Assembly (NCBI GenBank): GCA_054600435.1 | Contig: BAAIJX010000027.1 | Span: 1 to 64,000, forward strand | Source: Neophaeotheca triangularis | Lineage: Eukaryota | Direction: 5' to 3' | Length of the DNA: 64,000 nt | In this document: piece by piece, positions 12,711-25,021 of the stretch | Numbering within the stretch: position 1 is the stretch's first letter | How the letters are laid out: every line of letters starts with the position of its first letter | Notes under the pieces: generated by a model | What the model was told of the DNA's origin: nothing | The model's input: only the letters and a program-made list of their open reading frames with translations | Databases searched by the model: none | Program-made: the position numbers and the translations under genes

Positions 12711-15119
12711 ATGCTCAAAGGGAAGAGCCCCTGGACTTGCACCAGGTGTCTTCGCCAACAACAACGGCAGTTACAACGGGAAGCCAAGCGATGCCTGGTG
12801 ACTTCGTCCTCTTCCAAAGGCGCCGCTGCGGCTGCTGCTGTGTCAGACGACGCCCTGCCTGTCTCCAAAGCAAGCCCGAGTCTGGCTCAAGATGACAGGA
12901 CACTACGCCAGATCTTCGACTCCCCTGGCTTCTGGAAGGATTTCTCCTCCAACACCAGGCACCAATACCGCGGCAAGCAGGCTGGCTTGTTCCAGAATCG
13001 TTACCTGACCACGCCGGAGGGCTTCCAAACTTTTGCTGAAGTGACGCTGCAAAAATGTCGGAGGATAGTCGAGAGGGTCGTATCATACTCGAGCGTCGAG
13101 GACTACCAGAGGACTTCTCGAGACCTCGACAGACTGAGCGATTTGCTGTGTCGTGTCATTGACTTGGCCGACTTCACTCGCTCTGTACACCCCGATAGGA
13201 AAATACAAATGGCCGCGACTCAAGCATACGCGATGATGTTTCAATACATGAACGTCCTCAACACCACGCCCGAGCTCAACATGCAATGTAAGCGTGCAAT
13301 GGACATGCCCGAAGTGTACAACTCGTGGACCGAAGAGGAGAAGCTTGTCGTGGCCATCTTGATCAAAGATTTCTCCAAGTCAGCCATCGACATGCCTGAG
13401 CACGAAAGACAAGCGTTTATAGACCTGTCCGACGAGACTTCTGAGCTCGGCCCCGCATTTGTAGAAGGCATGGCGCCGGAAAAGCCATACTTGCAGTTTC
13501 CCAGCAGCAAGCTGAGAGGCATGGATCCGACGGTGGTGAAACAACTGACCCGGTGGGGAGGTGTGACGTTGCCCACTGTAGGCATGCCCGCCCACATGGC
13601 GTTGGGAAGTGTGCAAGATGCGGATACTCGGCGCGAGATATACATGGCAAATCGCACCTCTTCAAGTGACAACATCCACCGCCTTGAGAGGTTATTGAAG
13701 AGACGAGCAGAATTGGCAAAACTGTCTGGGTATGATAGCTATGCGGATATGACTCTCTCAGACAAGATGTCAAAGTCTCCAGAGGCTGTAACGACGTTCC
13801 TCGATGCTCTCAGCAAGGATAACGCACCTACAGCGCAGTCCGAATTACTAGAGCTGCTCGAGCTCAAACGCAGCGAGGCCAATCCTTCAACTGTACCGGA
13901 TGGCATCAGCGCCTGGGACCGCGATTTCTACACACAGCGGCTTATGGCTTCAATGCGCTCCAAAGCTCGGAACCCTGATTTCTTGAGCGCCTACTTCAGT
14001 CTGGGTACAGTGATGCAAGGCCTTTCTCGCCTCTTTCACCGCCTATATGGCATCCGGCTGGTTCCTCGCGAAACTCTGCCAGGTGAAACTTGGAATTCAG
14101 ACGTACGGCGTTTAGACGTCATTGACGACAACGAAGGTCACATAGCAGTAATCTACTGCGACCTCTTTGAACGGTCTGGCAAATCCCCTAATCCTGCACA
14201 CTTTACGCTCCGCTGCTCGCGCCGCATCTCCGACGATGAATTCGCCGAAGCCAGCTCGACCCTTGACTCCTCCCCCTTCACCACCGTCGAAGAAGCCGTC
14301 AATGACGGTCTCGCAGTCGCTCATAACCTACGCGACAACAACAATCTCTACCAACTCCCCACCATAGCCCTCATCTGCGACTTCGCCGTCGCCTCCAACG
14401 CCTCCCGTCCAGCCCTCCTCACCTTCCGCGAAGTCACCACGCTCTTCCACGAAATGGGCCACGCCCTGCACTCCATCTGCGGCCGCACCTCGCTCCAAAA
14501 CGTAAGCGGCACTCGCTGCGCCACCGACTTCGCGGAGCTGCCCTCGGTACTGATGGAAAACTTCGCCGCCGCCCCCGAAGTCCTAGCCCTCTACGCCCGA
14601 CACTGGGAAACCGACGCGCCCCTCGATCCCTCTCGAGTCCAAGAACGCCTGGCAGCGGAAAAGCGCATGCAAGGCCAGGAAATCGAAAGCCAGATCCTGC
14701 TCGCCACTCTGGACCAAGAGTACCACTCCTCAACACCCCTTACCTGGCCGGAAACCGGCACCCCGAGCTCGCAACTCTACCACGACGTGTGGCGGCGCTA
14801 TTCTTCGGTCCCGGAGCCCGCGGGCACCAGTTACCAAGGCTTTTTCGGGCACTTGTTCGGCTACGGCGCCGTCTATTACGCTTACCTCTTCGATCGCGCT
14901 ATTGCGGGCAAGATTTGGCGGGATGTGTTTCAACGGTCTCAAGGGGGTGCGGTGGATCCCATGGCTGGGGAGCGGTTCAGGCGTGAGGTTATTTCTTGGG
15001 GTGGCGGGAGGGATGGTTGGCAGTGTGTGGCAGGAGTTTTGGGGGATGAGGGGGGCACGCTGGCGGAGGGGGGAAAGGGGGCTATGGAGATGGTTGGACG
15101 GTGGGGTGTGCACAACTGA
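12711..15119 (+). CDS. OCT1: Mitochondrial intermediate peptidase (M3A metallopeptidase)
   Basis: Arg-rich presequence; DRLSDLLCRVIDLADF, KSPNPAHFT, HEMGH zinc motif, TRCATDFAELPS, FGHLFGYGA. Confidence 0.96.
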   Translation: MLKGKSPWTCTRCLRQQQRQLQREAKRCLVTSSSSKGAAAAAAVSDDALPVSKASPSLAQDDRTLRQIFDSPGFWKDFSSNTRHQYRGKQAGLFQNRYLTTPEGFQTFAEVTLQKCRRIVERVVSYSSVEDYQRTSRDLDRLSDLLCRVIDLADFTRSVHPDRKIQMAATQAYAMMFQYMNVLNTTPELNMQCKRAMDMPEVYNSWTEEEKLVVAILIKDFSKSAIDMPEHERQAFIDLSDETSELGPAFVEGMAPEKPYLQFPSSKLRGMDPTVVKQLTRWGGVTLPTVGMPAHMALGSVQDADTRREIYMANRTSSSDNIHRLERLLKRRAELAKLSGYDSYADMTLSDKMSKSPEAVTTFLDALSKDNAPTAQSELLELLELKRSEANPSTVPDGISAWDRDFYTQRLMASMRSKARNPDFLSAYFSLGTVMQGLSRLFHRLYGIRLVPRETLPGETWNSDVRRLDVIDDNEGHIAVIYCDLFERSGKSPNPAHFTLRCSRRISDDEFAEASSTLDSSPFTTVEEAVNDGLAVAHNLRDNNNLYQLPTIALICDFAVASNASRPALLTFREVTTLFHEMGHALHSICGRTSLQNVSGTRCATDFAELPSVLMENFAAAPEVLALYARHWETDAPLDPSRVQERLAAEKRMQGQEIESQILLATLDQEYHSSTPLTWPETGTPSSQLYHDVWRRYSSVPEPAGTSYQGFFGHLFGYGAVYYAYLFDRAIAGKIWRDVFQRSQGGAVDPMAGERFRREVISWGGGRDGWQCVAGVLGDEGGTLAEGGKGAMEMVGRWGVHN

Positions 15120-16048
15120 TTAGTTGCTGGGGGCGGAGAGGAGGTGTTGCGCTGGTGTTGACGTACGTAGGAAGCAACAGCCTGTCGGTTGTAACCATGC
15201 TTTCGCACCTCTTAACAACTCTTTCAACTACCCGTCGAGAGTCCTCTTCTACGGCTATAATTGGGTCTAGAGGAAGGATGAGTTGGATGGAATGTGTCGG
15301 GGAGGCACAGAGTCAACCTAATAACCTTGAGTATCTTACCTCGTTCTCCCGGCTGTAGCTAATAAACTCGGGTTCAACGCCGTAGCTGTCCGGTGGGAAG
15401 GAGCGTATAGGGTCGAATGGCATCGTCTACCACCTTTCCTTGAACATTGTGCTTTGAATCTCTGTTGACGAGGTCTCGAGACTTGAGATGAATTCGGTTG
15501 ATCGTCGATCCCGCCTTACGCCCTTGATATGTCGTGTAGGGTTGGCACGACACACGCACGCACGCACGCACGCACGAGCGGCTAGAGGCGGAACTGGAGC
15601 GCTCAAAGCAGGGCAGATGCGTTATTAACGGTACCTTGGCTACCTTACCTGAGCTTACACTTCAGTATCTAGGTAGGTCTTCCAAATGACTAAGACAGAT
15701 TACCTCAAGAAGGTATAGGTAGGTAACTTAACATAACTTAGGTCCACATACCTTAGCTGAGGTATTTCTGCTGACCTCGTCGTGACCTTCCCAATCAATA
15801 GTACCTTAACCTTTATACCTTCGGTTGGTGTCACTCTTTATTATTGCACGTCCCAGACTCTTGAAGACGATGAGGAGTCATCGCTTCATCCTCTGCAGCT
15901 ACAGTATAGTACTAGTATGTATGAACATGCCCACACGTAAGTTGTCGCCGACATCACTGTGCTTCTGCCTCAAGGTATATTTTTCCTTCTACCTCTCCAC
16001 ACCTTTCCCTTTCAGCAACAAACACCTCTCACAGCTCCATCACCCTCA

Positions 16049-17651
16049 ATGGCTCGAACAAGCCTCGAAACACCCATAGCAGCGCCCCTCCAGCTCGGAA
16101 ACGACGGCCACACCCATCAACGGCGAAGCAAAGACTCCGACTATGAGCTTCCGGCCTTCGTCAACGGCCAATGGCAGGGCCCTGTCGCTCCTCAAGCCAG
16201 CTCCTCCCACGAAGACATCGCGCGCCTGCAGCCCTCGGACCCGGCATACCAGACTCTCCCACCCGCCGACGGCGGCAAGCAAGCCTGGCTTTTTCTATTC
16301 GGCTGCTTCATGATGGAAGCGCTGGTCTGGGGTAAGAGAAATAAAACCCCCGCTCATCCTCCTCTGGATGAGGAAATCCACTCGCTTCGGGCTCTTGAAC
16401 TGACGCTCGCCAGGCTTCCCCTTCAGCTTCGGCGTCTTTCAAGACTACTACAGCACGCACCCGCCCTTCGCCGACTCGCCTTCCAGCATCGCCGCCATCG
16501 GCACAACCAGCACGGGACTCATGTACTTCCTCGCGCCCGCCTGCGCGATCCTAACCCAGCGCTACCCCGCCTCCAGACGCCCGGCCATGTTCGTCGGTCT
16601 CGGGGTCGTGGCACTGTCGCTGGTGGCCGCCAGTTTTTGCAATAGTGTCGCGGGCTTGGTGGCGACTCAGGGCGTACTGTATGCGCTGGGAGGCGTGGTG
16701 ATGTATTTCCCGCTCATGCCGTTTGTGGACGAGTGGTTTGTGCGGCGCAAGGGCATGGCTTTTGGGGTTATTTGGGCTGGGACGGGGAGCGCCGGGGTGG
16801 GGGTGCCGTTTCTGCTGCAGTGGTTGTTGGATAGTTATGGCTACCGGACTGCATTGAGGACGTGGGCGATTGTGTTGGTGGGTCGAACAGAATCTTTCCC
16901 TGGCATCTAATGACACCTTACATACGGCCAGCTCGAGCTGACGATAGCACAGGTCCTCCTCGCAACCCCCTCTCTACTAGTGATAAAACCCCGCCTCCCG
17001 ACCCCAACCCACAGCACCTTCCGCCCGACCGACCTCTCCTTCACCACCCACCTACCCTTCTGGTTCTTCCTCACAGGAACTATAGCCCAAGGCCTCGGCT
17101 TCTTCATCCCAGGACTCTACCTCCCGACAATCTCGCGACGCCTCTCACTCCCAGCCTTCGCAGGCCCGCTAAGCCTCTCCCTCTACAACCTAGCCTGCTG
17201 CTTCGGCGCCCTCGCCTTCGGCTTCCTCGTCGACGCTTTCCACGTCACAACGGCAATCCTCATCAGCAGCCTGGGCCTCACAATCGCCGTCCTAGTCTTC
17301 TGGGGCTGTGCTCAAGCGCAACCGATGCTCTACCTCTTCGCCCTGCTCGCGGGCTTCTTCGGCGGCGGCTATAGCACCACGTGGTCTGGCTGCGCCGACG
17401 CCATGAGGGTCAAGGACCGCTCCGGCGCGCGCGTGGATACGGCTATGACTGTTGCGCTCTTGGCGGCGGGCAAGGGCATTGGGGCTGTGGTTTGTGGGCC
17501 TGTCAGTGAGGTTTTGTTGGCGAGGGATCAGTGGGAGGGGAGCCTGGCGTTGGGGTATGGGAGTGGGTTTGGGGTTTTGGTTGTCTTCTCGGGCGTCAGT
17601 GCGCTGCTTGGGGGTGCGGCGTGGGTGGGGAGGGTCTTGAGGGTGGTTTAG
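16049..17651 (+). CDS. MFS transporter, monocarboxylate (MCT/Mch) family; 3 exons
   Basis: PPADGGKQAWLFL, WG/FPFSFGVFQDYY across intron 1, EWFVRRKGMAFG; about 12 hydrophobic segments. Confidence 0.9.
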
Positions 17652-18219
17652 GGCCGGACGTGTTGGGGTGGGTCATGGCGAGTGAGGGTCGTTGGCTCCG
17701 GGACGAGGGTGACGACCTCCTCCCCACTTCGAGCTGTGTGTCTCCCGGCTGTATGCATGGCCTTACTTCGTGCTCGTAAGGTACAATAAAGTCTAGCGGA
17801 AGTATCGAGCGTGAGCGTGAGCAGGAGCATGAGCAGGAGCGTGAGAGGGAGCAGGAGCGGGGGCGTGCCAAAGAGGTCACAAAAGTAGAAAGAGTTGATT
17901 AATTGAAACAATCCACACCCTAGAGCTCCCTCTGTGCTGTTGATTCCCAGAAGTCCCGCTCGCCCGCTGTACACCGTCTCCAAGAACCCATCTTGGTAGT
18001 AGCAAGATACCAATCGCTGGAACGCGAGAACAAACAGAAGCGAAGCTCACGGTGCCACTCGTCTCCAAAAAAAAACAAAACGGCCTCGGGCGGAGCAAAT
18101 GCCGTCGCAAGTCTAGGCATTCACCCCCACACCAGCAGCTCAGACTACAAAGTCGTCACTCCCGCGCCTTCCGGTACCCTTCCAACCTCAATCCCCCGTC
18201 AGAAGCGGGAGCGCCAAGC

Positions 18220-19203
18220 TCACCAACACCTCAGGCCCCGCCAGAACCCCTTCTTCCCCTCGACGGCGTCGCTCTCAAACCCCCCATCCCCCTCCCCAGC
18301 ATCGCCGCGGTCGTTGAAAGACTTCTCCGCGTCCGCGTCGCCGATGATTCCCGAGGGCGAAGCTCGCGACCGCCCGTTCCTGCTTTTGCGCGACGAAGAC
18401 GAAGGGGCGTTTGCGGGCTCGAGTGGTTGGGTGGGGTTCATGATTGGCGAGGAGGGGGGCGGGGGCGAGAGGAGTTGCGAGTGTGAGGGTTTGGAAGCGA
18501 GGGATTGGCCGTTGCTTTGGCGGGAGGAGATGGTGCGGCGGACGAGGACTGCGGTGGTTTCGGTTAGTGAGAGAGCGTGTCTGGGGGAGGTTGCGGTGGG
18601 AGGGGGGTTGGGGGGGTTGGAGGGGAGGGTGCGAAGAAAGTGAGGGTTCGTCTTGGGTGAAAGGCGCAAGGTGGGGGCGTTGGGGTCGGGGGCGTAATTA
18701 CGGGCAAATGTCTCCTCCACGTTCACAACCTCGCGCGCACTCGTCTCCATAAACCCATATCCCCTGCGTCTGGCCCACTCCAAGCCCTCTCGCGCCCCAA
18801 CCTGTCTGTGCGCTTGCAAATCACACTTGTTCCCCGCGACAATGCAAACAGGCGGCGGCACGCCCTTCTCCCTGCGCGTCTCGCTCTCAACCTCAATTAG
18901 CTCGTTGAAATACTCGAGAGCCTCGAGCGACGCGCTGGAAGTGATGTCGTACACGAGCAGGAAAGCGTCCGAGGAGAGGTTCGAGGCGCTCCAGAGGCCG
19001 CGGTATTCTTCTTGCCCGGCGGTGTCAGTGAGCGCGAGGCTGTAGGTCACGCCGTCGATGGTGCGTGTTACGCTGTAGGAGTCTTCGATTGTTGGATCGT
19101 ATTCGTGCGTCCATTGGCTGCGGACTAGGCGTAGGGTGAGGGAGGATTTGCCGCAGCCACCGTCGCCGGCGATTGTGATGGCGATTTTGTGCGCGTCGTT
19201 CAT
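18220..19203 (-). CDS. Ras-family small GTPase with atypical C-terminus; intron 18701-18549
   Basis: GDGGCGKS, YDPTIEDSY, DTAGQEEY, NKCD, ETSA; splicing gives EETFALLVRR; ends KGFWRGLRCW. Confidence 0.92.
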   Translation of the reverse strand: MNDAHKIAITIAGDGGCGKSSLTLRLVRSQWTHEYDPTIEDSYSVTRTIDGVTYSLALTDTAGQEEYRGLWSASNLSSDAFLLVYDITSSASLEALEYFNELIEVESETRREKGVPPPVCIVAGNKCDLQAHRQVGAREGLEWARRRGYGFMETSAREVVNVEETFARNYAPDPNAPTLRLSPKTNPHFLRTLPSNPPNPPPTATSPRHALSLTETTAVLVRRTISSRQSNGQSLASKPSHSQLLSPPPPSSPIMNPTQPLEPANAPSSSSRKSRNGRSRASPSGIIGDADAEKSFNDRGDAGEGDGGFESDAVEGKKGFWRGLRCW

Positions 19204-20968
19204 GATGGGTGGGTGGTGTTTGGAGTAATGCTTGGGTTTCAATCACTCTCAATCGCTGTCTTGCCGGTATGTTGTGCTGCGTCCTTTCAAAGTGGTCTGT
19301 CGACACCCGCAGAACCCCAAGCTCCAACAACACCCGCTTTCTTCACTTCACCCGCAATTACCGCTTATCTCACTCACTCTTCAAAGCCGACGCAAAGCCA
19401 ACTCCTGCTCCTGCTCCGAATCCCACTACCAAATCACCGCGCACACCACCCAGCCCCGCCAATCCCTTCGAGACCCCCCCAAGGAAAACCCACCCTCACT
19501 CAATTACCCTCGGTCCTCTCCCAAGGTCAAGTCCACCTCTAAGCCAGCAAAAGCAACCCAACCCTTTCCAAAATCAATCCAATACCCGAACCCTCTCTTT
19601 CAACGCCACCCCAAAGGACCGACAAGCGTCACGCGCACCCCTCAACAGCGCCAAGCAACACTCCCCAAGCTCCGCGCGCTCGCTGTTGTTTCAGCGGTAG
19701 CAACGGACGGATTTGGAGGTATCGAAAAGCGCGTAGAGCCCAGAAGTCGGCGGCGTGCAGAAGATGAAAGATGGGGAGAGCCAGACAGGCGGGCGCCGTC
19801 AGCGGTCGCGCGCGGGGCGGGGAGACTGGAGAAATTGATGAGAAGCGGTCTCGAAGCTGAGGAAAGGGAAAGGGGTAGGGCTGCCGCAGCTACCGATGCA
19901 ATAATGTCAAGCCCGCTTCACTTGTAGCGACAACATAAGAGAAGAGAAAAGGTGGAAGCGCTCAGATGCAGATGCAGATGCAGGTCGGGTGGCTTTACCT
20001 CGATAATGTTATCGACGGGGGGGCCATTTAGACTTTGGGATTAGAGTTTGGAGCTCTCTACCGCGCTGGCGGGACGACGGAGTCCGGCTGTAGCGCTAGG
20101 GAAAGCTTATTTGGGGTGCCGTGGTTGTTGATGACGGGATCGTGATCTACCAAAAAAGCGCAGGCTTGAGGGTTGAGGTTGGGGTGAAACGGTATCATGT
20201 CAGTAGACAGAGGCCCGGGAAGAATGAAGATCTGTACGAAGAAGAGGGAACAACACGACTGCAAGTGCTTACGCCCTCCCACCTCCATCACTCTCACGTC
20301 TCAACTATTCCATCCTTAATCAAACCGCTTCCCTCCCAAGCTACTAGACCTTAACAACACATCTACATAAACATGTTCTTCAAAATCAACGAACAGATGA
20401 TAATACGCTAAATTCGGGGTTATCTTTTTTCAACCGCCCCATAGGCCACTCCAACCCATCCGTACGCTACGTCCGTATATACACACGACCCCCGACCCTC
20501 TCCTCCCCCTGATCAGCGCCTCTATACAGCAAATTTCCGGCTCAGGGTTCAGTGCCACCGTCGCTCATGCACCCAATAAAAACCCGCGCGCAAAAGTAAA
20601 TTCCTAAACCCCAAAAGCGCCGCGCATGATTTTTTTCGTGCCAGTCCCAGTCGTACATACATAATGAGCCCATACCATTCTTCTTCTTTATCCGGATAGC
20701 CCGCGCTGGGCTTTAGCGCCAAAGGGAAGACTCTCGAACGCCAAAGCCAATGCCAACGCAGTAGCAAGCAGTGGGCGGAGAAAGGGTGGGGGTATAAATC
20801 TCAACTTATCTCGGGTCTCAACTCATCTTGTGACAACCCAACGGGCAGACAACTCCAACAGCCAGCCCAGCCAGCCCAAACAGGCTCCCAAGCAGCGACG
20901 GCGACAAGCACCGCCAGTAGTAGCAAAAGGCCACGACCCCACATCACACAACTAATGCCAACAGCCCA

Positions 20969-21100
20969 TCTTCCTCTTCTTCTCCTTCTTCTTCTTCTTC
21001 TTCTTCTTCTTCTTCTTCTTCTTCTTCTTCTTCTTCTTCTTCTTCTTCTTCTCCTCCTTCTCCTTCTCCTTCTTCTCCTTCCTTTTCTTCTTTATTCTTC
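20969..21100. repeat. (CTT)n / (GAA)n microsatellite immediately downstream of the wc-1 stop codon
   Basis: About 20 perfect CTT units flanked by degenerate CTC/CTT units. Confidence 0.95.
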
Positions 21101-24100
21101 AACCTCCCTCATCCCCCTCATCAATCTTACTCATCCCCCCACTACCAAAGCCAAACCCACTCCCCACCGCCTCCCCACTCCCCGCCCTCTGCGCTTTAGC
21201 ACCCGCGCCCATACCCACGCCGACGCCATTGCTGCTTTCGCGCGACGTATTCAAAACCGGAGAACCCGAAGTCGTGGAATCCCTGCCACCATTACCTTGA
21301 GGAGGATGCTGGGAGCTCTGTGGGCGTAGATGCTGGGTTTGGGCTTGGTATTGTTGCTGTTGTTGGTGCTGTTGCTGCCCTTCCGGCCCCAAGGTAGCAT
21401 TAGCGGGGGATTCGGGTTTCATCTGACCGGGTGTTTTGTCGCCGCCGGCTGCTGTTGGTGTTGAAATTGCTGGGGCAGGGGTTTTGCTGCCGCTGGGGCC
21501 GGTGGCTGATGCGTTGTTGTTGGTGTTGCCGTGGTTGCCGGGTACGGGGGTGTTGTTCGTGGATGAAGCATTCATGATCTGGTGCAGGGGGGAGTGCTTG
21601 CTGTCGCCGGAAGCGCGGGAGGCGGCACTGTGGACGGAGTGCTGGGAGGAAGTCCGAGGGCTGACGCGACCGTTCTGGTGAAGAGATGGTTAGTTTCGGA
21701 AAGCCGGATGTAAAGTGGTGTAGGCGAGGAAGGGAAAGACGACTCACCAGTTTCGCCCACCTCAAGCCGCAACTATTGCACAAATCCCGTTGTCCGCTCG
21801 GCCCACGCCGCCATTCGGGTGTGACCCTTGTATGACAGTTGGCACAGTCTTTTTGGCTGTTACCCGCTCCTTTCCGCCTCTTACGCTTCTTTTTCGCGGC
21901 GATCAGACTCTGCACCTCTTCCGCCAATATTCGGTTGCGCTTCTCCAACTGTCGTATCTCGTACTGCCAGCTACTGGATTTTGTTGTTTTGAGTTCGTCG
22001 AAGAGATTGTCCTCGGAAGCTAGGCTTTGGTCTTGATGACCAATTACTAGCCCGTTTTGGCCGGCGTAGGTGACGGCTGCGCCGTTGGTTCCGAGGTAGT
22101 TGTTGGAAGTGAGGCTGGAGTTGGGGGTTTGTTCGCCGCTGACATTGTTCGCGTTGTTGGCGTTGTCGTTGGTTGGGTTTGGCGTACCGCCGGTAGACAT
22201 TTGTTGGGCCATTGTATTGCCGCTCTGGATGGATTCGGAGGAGCTGCGCTCGTGTTTGGGGTAGATTGATGGTCGCGTTGGTTGGTTGCCACGGCTGAAC
22301 TTGATGAGACGGGTTTGCGCGACGATGAAGGTGGGTTTGAGACCTTCCGTGGCGTCGCCGGGGTAGAGTGTGGTGAAGGCTGACAGCACTTGACCGCGAC
22401 GATTGATCATTTCATGCTTGACCGAGGCTTTCTTGCCGGTACGGGCGTGCTCCAGGATACGGCCAAACTCCGTCTTTGAGTCTGTGCGCATGAGGGATTG
22501 TATACTTACACCGACAAGCTCGTCTGGTTGGCGGTCTAGAAGCTGGCGCACGTTGGACGCGACGAATAGAAACATGCCAGATGTTGACATCTTAGTCCAC
22601 AGCTCGTTTTCGCCAATGCCACCCGCGTTGTCAATGTCCGACTTGGATAATGCGTAGACTGGTCGTTCGCGTCCAACAAGAATTATAGACTTGCGACCCT
22701 TGCCTTGCTCGGTGTGCAAGCTGCCATGACCCTCGAACCACATGTATCCAGAGTGTTTGCGACGTATGCGGAACACAACATTGACGCTGGCGCCGGTGGA
22801 AGTGTCCTTGAGCTCTCGTGTGACGGGGACAATATCCGAAGGATGACATATCGAGCTGAGGGCGGTGCCGATGATCTCAGAGGGCTCGTACTCTAGCACT
22901 CTCAATGCAGACGGCGATACCCATTGGAAGAGTCCTTTAAGCGACAGGACGTGTACGACATCGTCAGTGTTCTCCAGCAACACCTTGTCCCACATGCGTT
23001 TCGCATATTCCGACTCTCCAGACCCAATGGTGGAGAGGATAGTCGAGACATCGTCTTTGGGGACTGTTTGACCCAATTCTGCCTTTGTAACTTGTTCGGG
23101 TGCATTCATGACATAGCGTGGCATGGTCATGCCACGCTGGTAGTTGATAGAGTAGCTGCCATCTGCAGGACAACTGTGTCAGCAAGCCATCACACATGCG
23201 GACACACTATTACACGTTTGTATAGATGCAGGGAGGAAATTATCGGTCATGTAAGGGTTGGTGGTGCATGGCATCCCCAAAAGCCCGGACCAAGCCACAT
23301 CGGGCTTCATCGTGAAGCAGATCGAGCGATGGGAGCGACTCACCAGGATTCTTGTTTGTGACCGCGTTCGGTTGCTCCACCAAATCGACCTGAAAGCCCA
23401 CGAAGAACTTGACCTGATCCGTGTCCCACGTGATCGGGATCATGGTAAGTAGGTTCATAAAAGGCTGGCCACCCCGCCGATAATTGATCAAGCTGATTTG
23501 CGCTTCGCGCCGCATGTTGATCATGTTTTTGAGATACAATACTGAATCATCGTCGACGTATTTCCGCCTTATGCCTGGCTCGACGTTGCCATCGGGAGAC
23601 TGTAGAAAACGACAGTTGCGACCGAGAATCATATGCTTGGTGTAGCCTGTCAGACGTTCAAAGTTATCCGAACAGTATACGATTGGAAAGTCGTCCTTTT
23701 CGGCGTCGCACACAACAAAAGCGCACGACAAATCTACAGAGCCGATATTGATCTCCGGATTCGGCCTGGTGGCCACGCGCATCTATAAAGAGTTAGAGCT
23801 CGTTTTTGGGTAGATTCAGCAGGAGCGAGGGAACACTTACTAAAACGCCGAGCATATCAAAGCCGGTGGAGGAATACGCATTCTTATACGCAGAGTGCAT
23901 GTGCGGCCGGCCAACCATGGTCGAGGGCCAACCGCCTTCAGGCGTGTCCCAAGGAAAGCCCTGGTTGTTCGGGTTGTACTTTGTGGGATCGACGCCGGCA
24001 AGAGGACCGTTGAGACCATCATACTGCTGAGCTTTGTGCATGCCCTTATCCTGCATCGATCCCGGTTGAGGGTACTGTGGCTGGCGCTTAAAGCCACCGT

Positions 24101-24984
24101 GAGCATGCGGGTTTTGCGTCGACTTGGGTTGGACGGATGATCGTTGCTGATGTTGTGGCGTATTACCAGCAGAGCTCGAATCAGGTATGTTCATACTCTG
24201 GCTTCTTGACAGTGCTCTGACAGTGTTTGCAGAACTGCCGGTATTTCCGTACTGGCTGTTCGTGTCGCCACCGCCTCCAGGATCCTGCATAGTGCTTCTC
24301 CCCGCAGATGGGGTGCCATTGCCGGTATTCGGATGCATTGGAGAACTTATCATGCTTTGGTTGAAGTGTGGTTGGTTGTACATATTCATGTTCATGGTGT
24401 CGCTCGCCATTGCGTTGCCCATGGACTGGTCGGTATTGAAATCCATGTTCATGCCCATGGACGGATCAATATACGGGCTCTCCATGCCCATGTCCAGACC
24501 TTGGGCTTGCGCGGGAGATGCATACGCAGGCATGTTGCTGTAACTCTGGGAAACATTGCCGAAATTCGTGTTGATATTGAGATCGGACGAAGTGCGCCGT
24601 ATCTGACCCGGTCTTTGCTGACTCTGAGACTGCGGTGTGTTGCCTCCCATCATACCAGTCGAATCCAGATTGCTACTTGGATCGAACTGATAACTGTCCA
24701 GAGGGCCAGTGGGACTGCCCGCAAATTCCATCATGTCTGACATGCGACCCATGTTCATGTCCGCGCTGCCGCCACCGTTTGCCCCATACTGATTCTGTTG
24801 ATTCTGTTGATGGGGTGGCATGCTCTGCCGCCGTATGACCTTTGCGTTTTGGCTGACAATATCGTCCAGCGATTGCCCACCAACCAAAGGAGGGCGCATG
24901 TTTCCCTCCTGCCTTTGCATCATGATTTGGCCCATATTGTTGCGTTGCGACTGTCCATTTTGCTGCTGCTGCTGCTGCTGCTGC

Positions 24985-25021
<37 letters not shown>

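Noticed and set aside
6352..17651. Metabolic gene cluster (FNT, Zn2Cys6 TF, MFS)
   Set aside because: No pathway enzymes, and it is interrupted by the housekeeping gene OCT1.
20955..21329. Poly-Leu ORF, and the poly-Cys/poly-Leu ORFs at 24798-25169
   Set aside because: Antisense or out-of-frame translations of the CTT and CAG/CAA microsatellites.
23163..23343. snoRNA or riboswitch in the 181-nt wc-1 intron 2
   Set aside because: Only one 7-bp hairpin (AAGCCCG/CGGGCUU); no proper C/D or H/ACA boxes and no TPP aptamer consensus.
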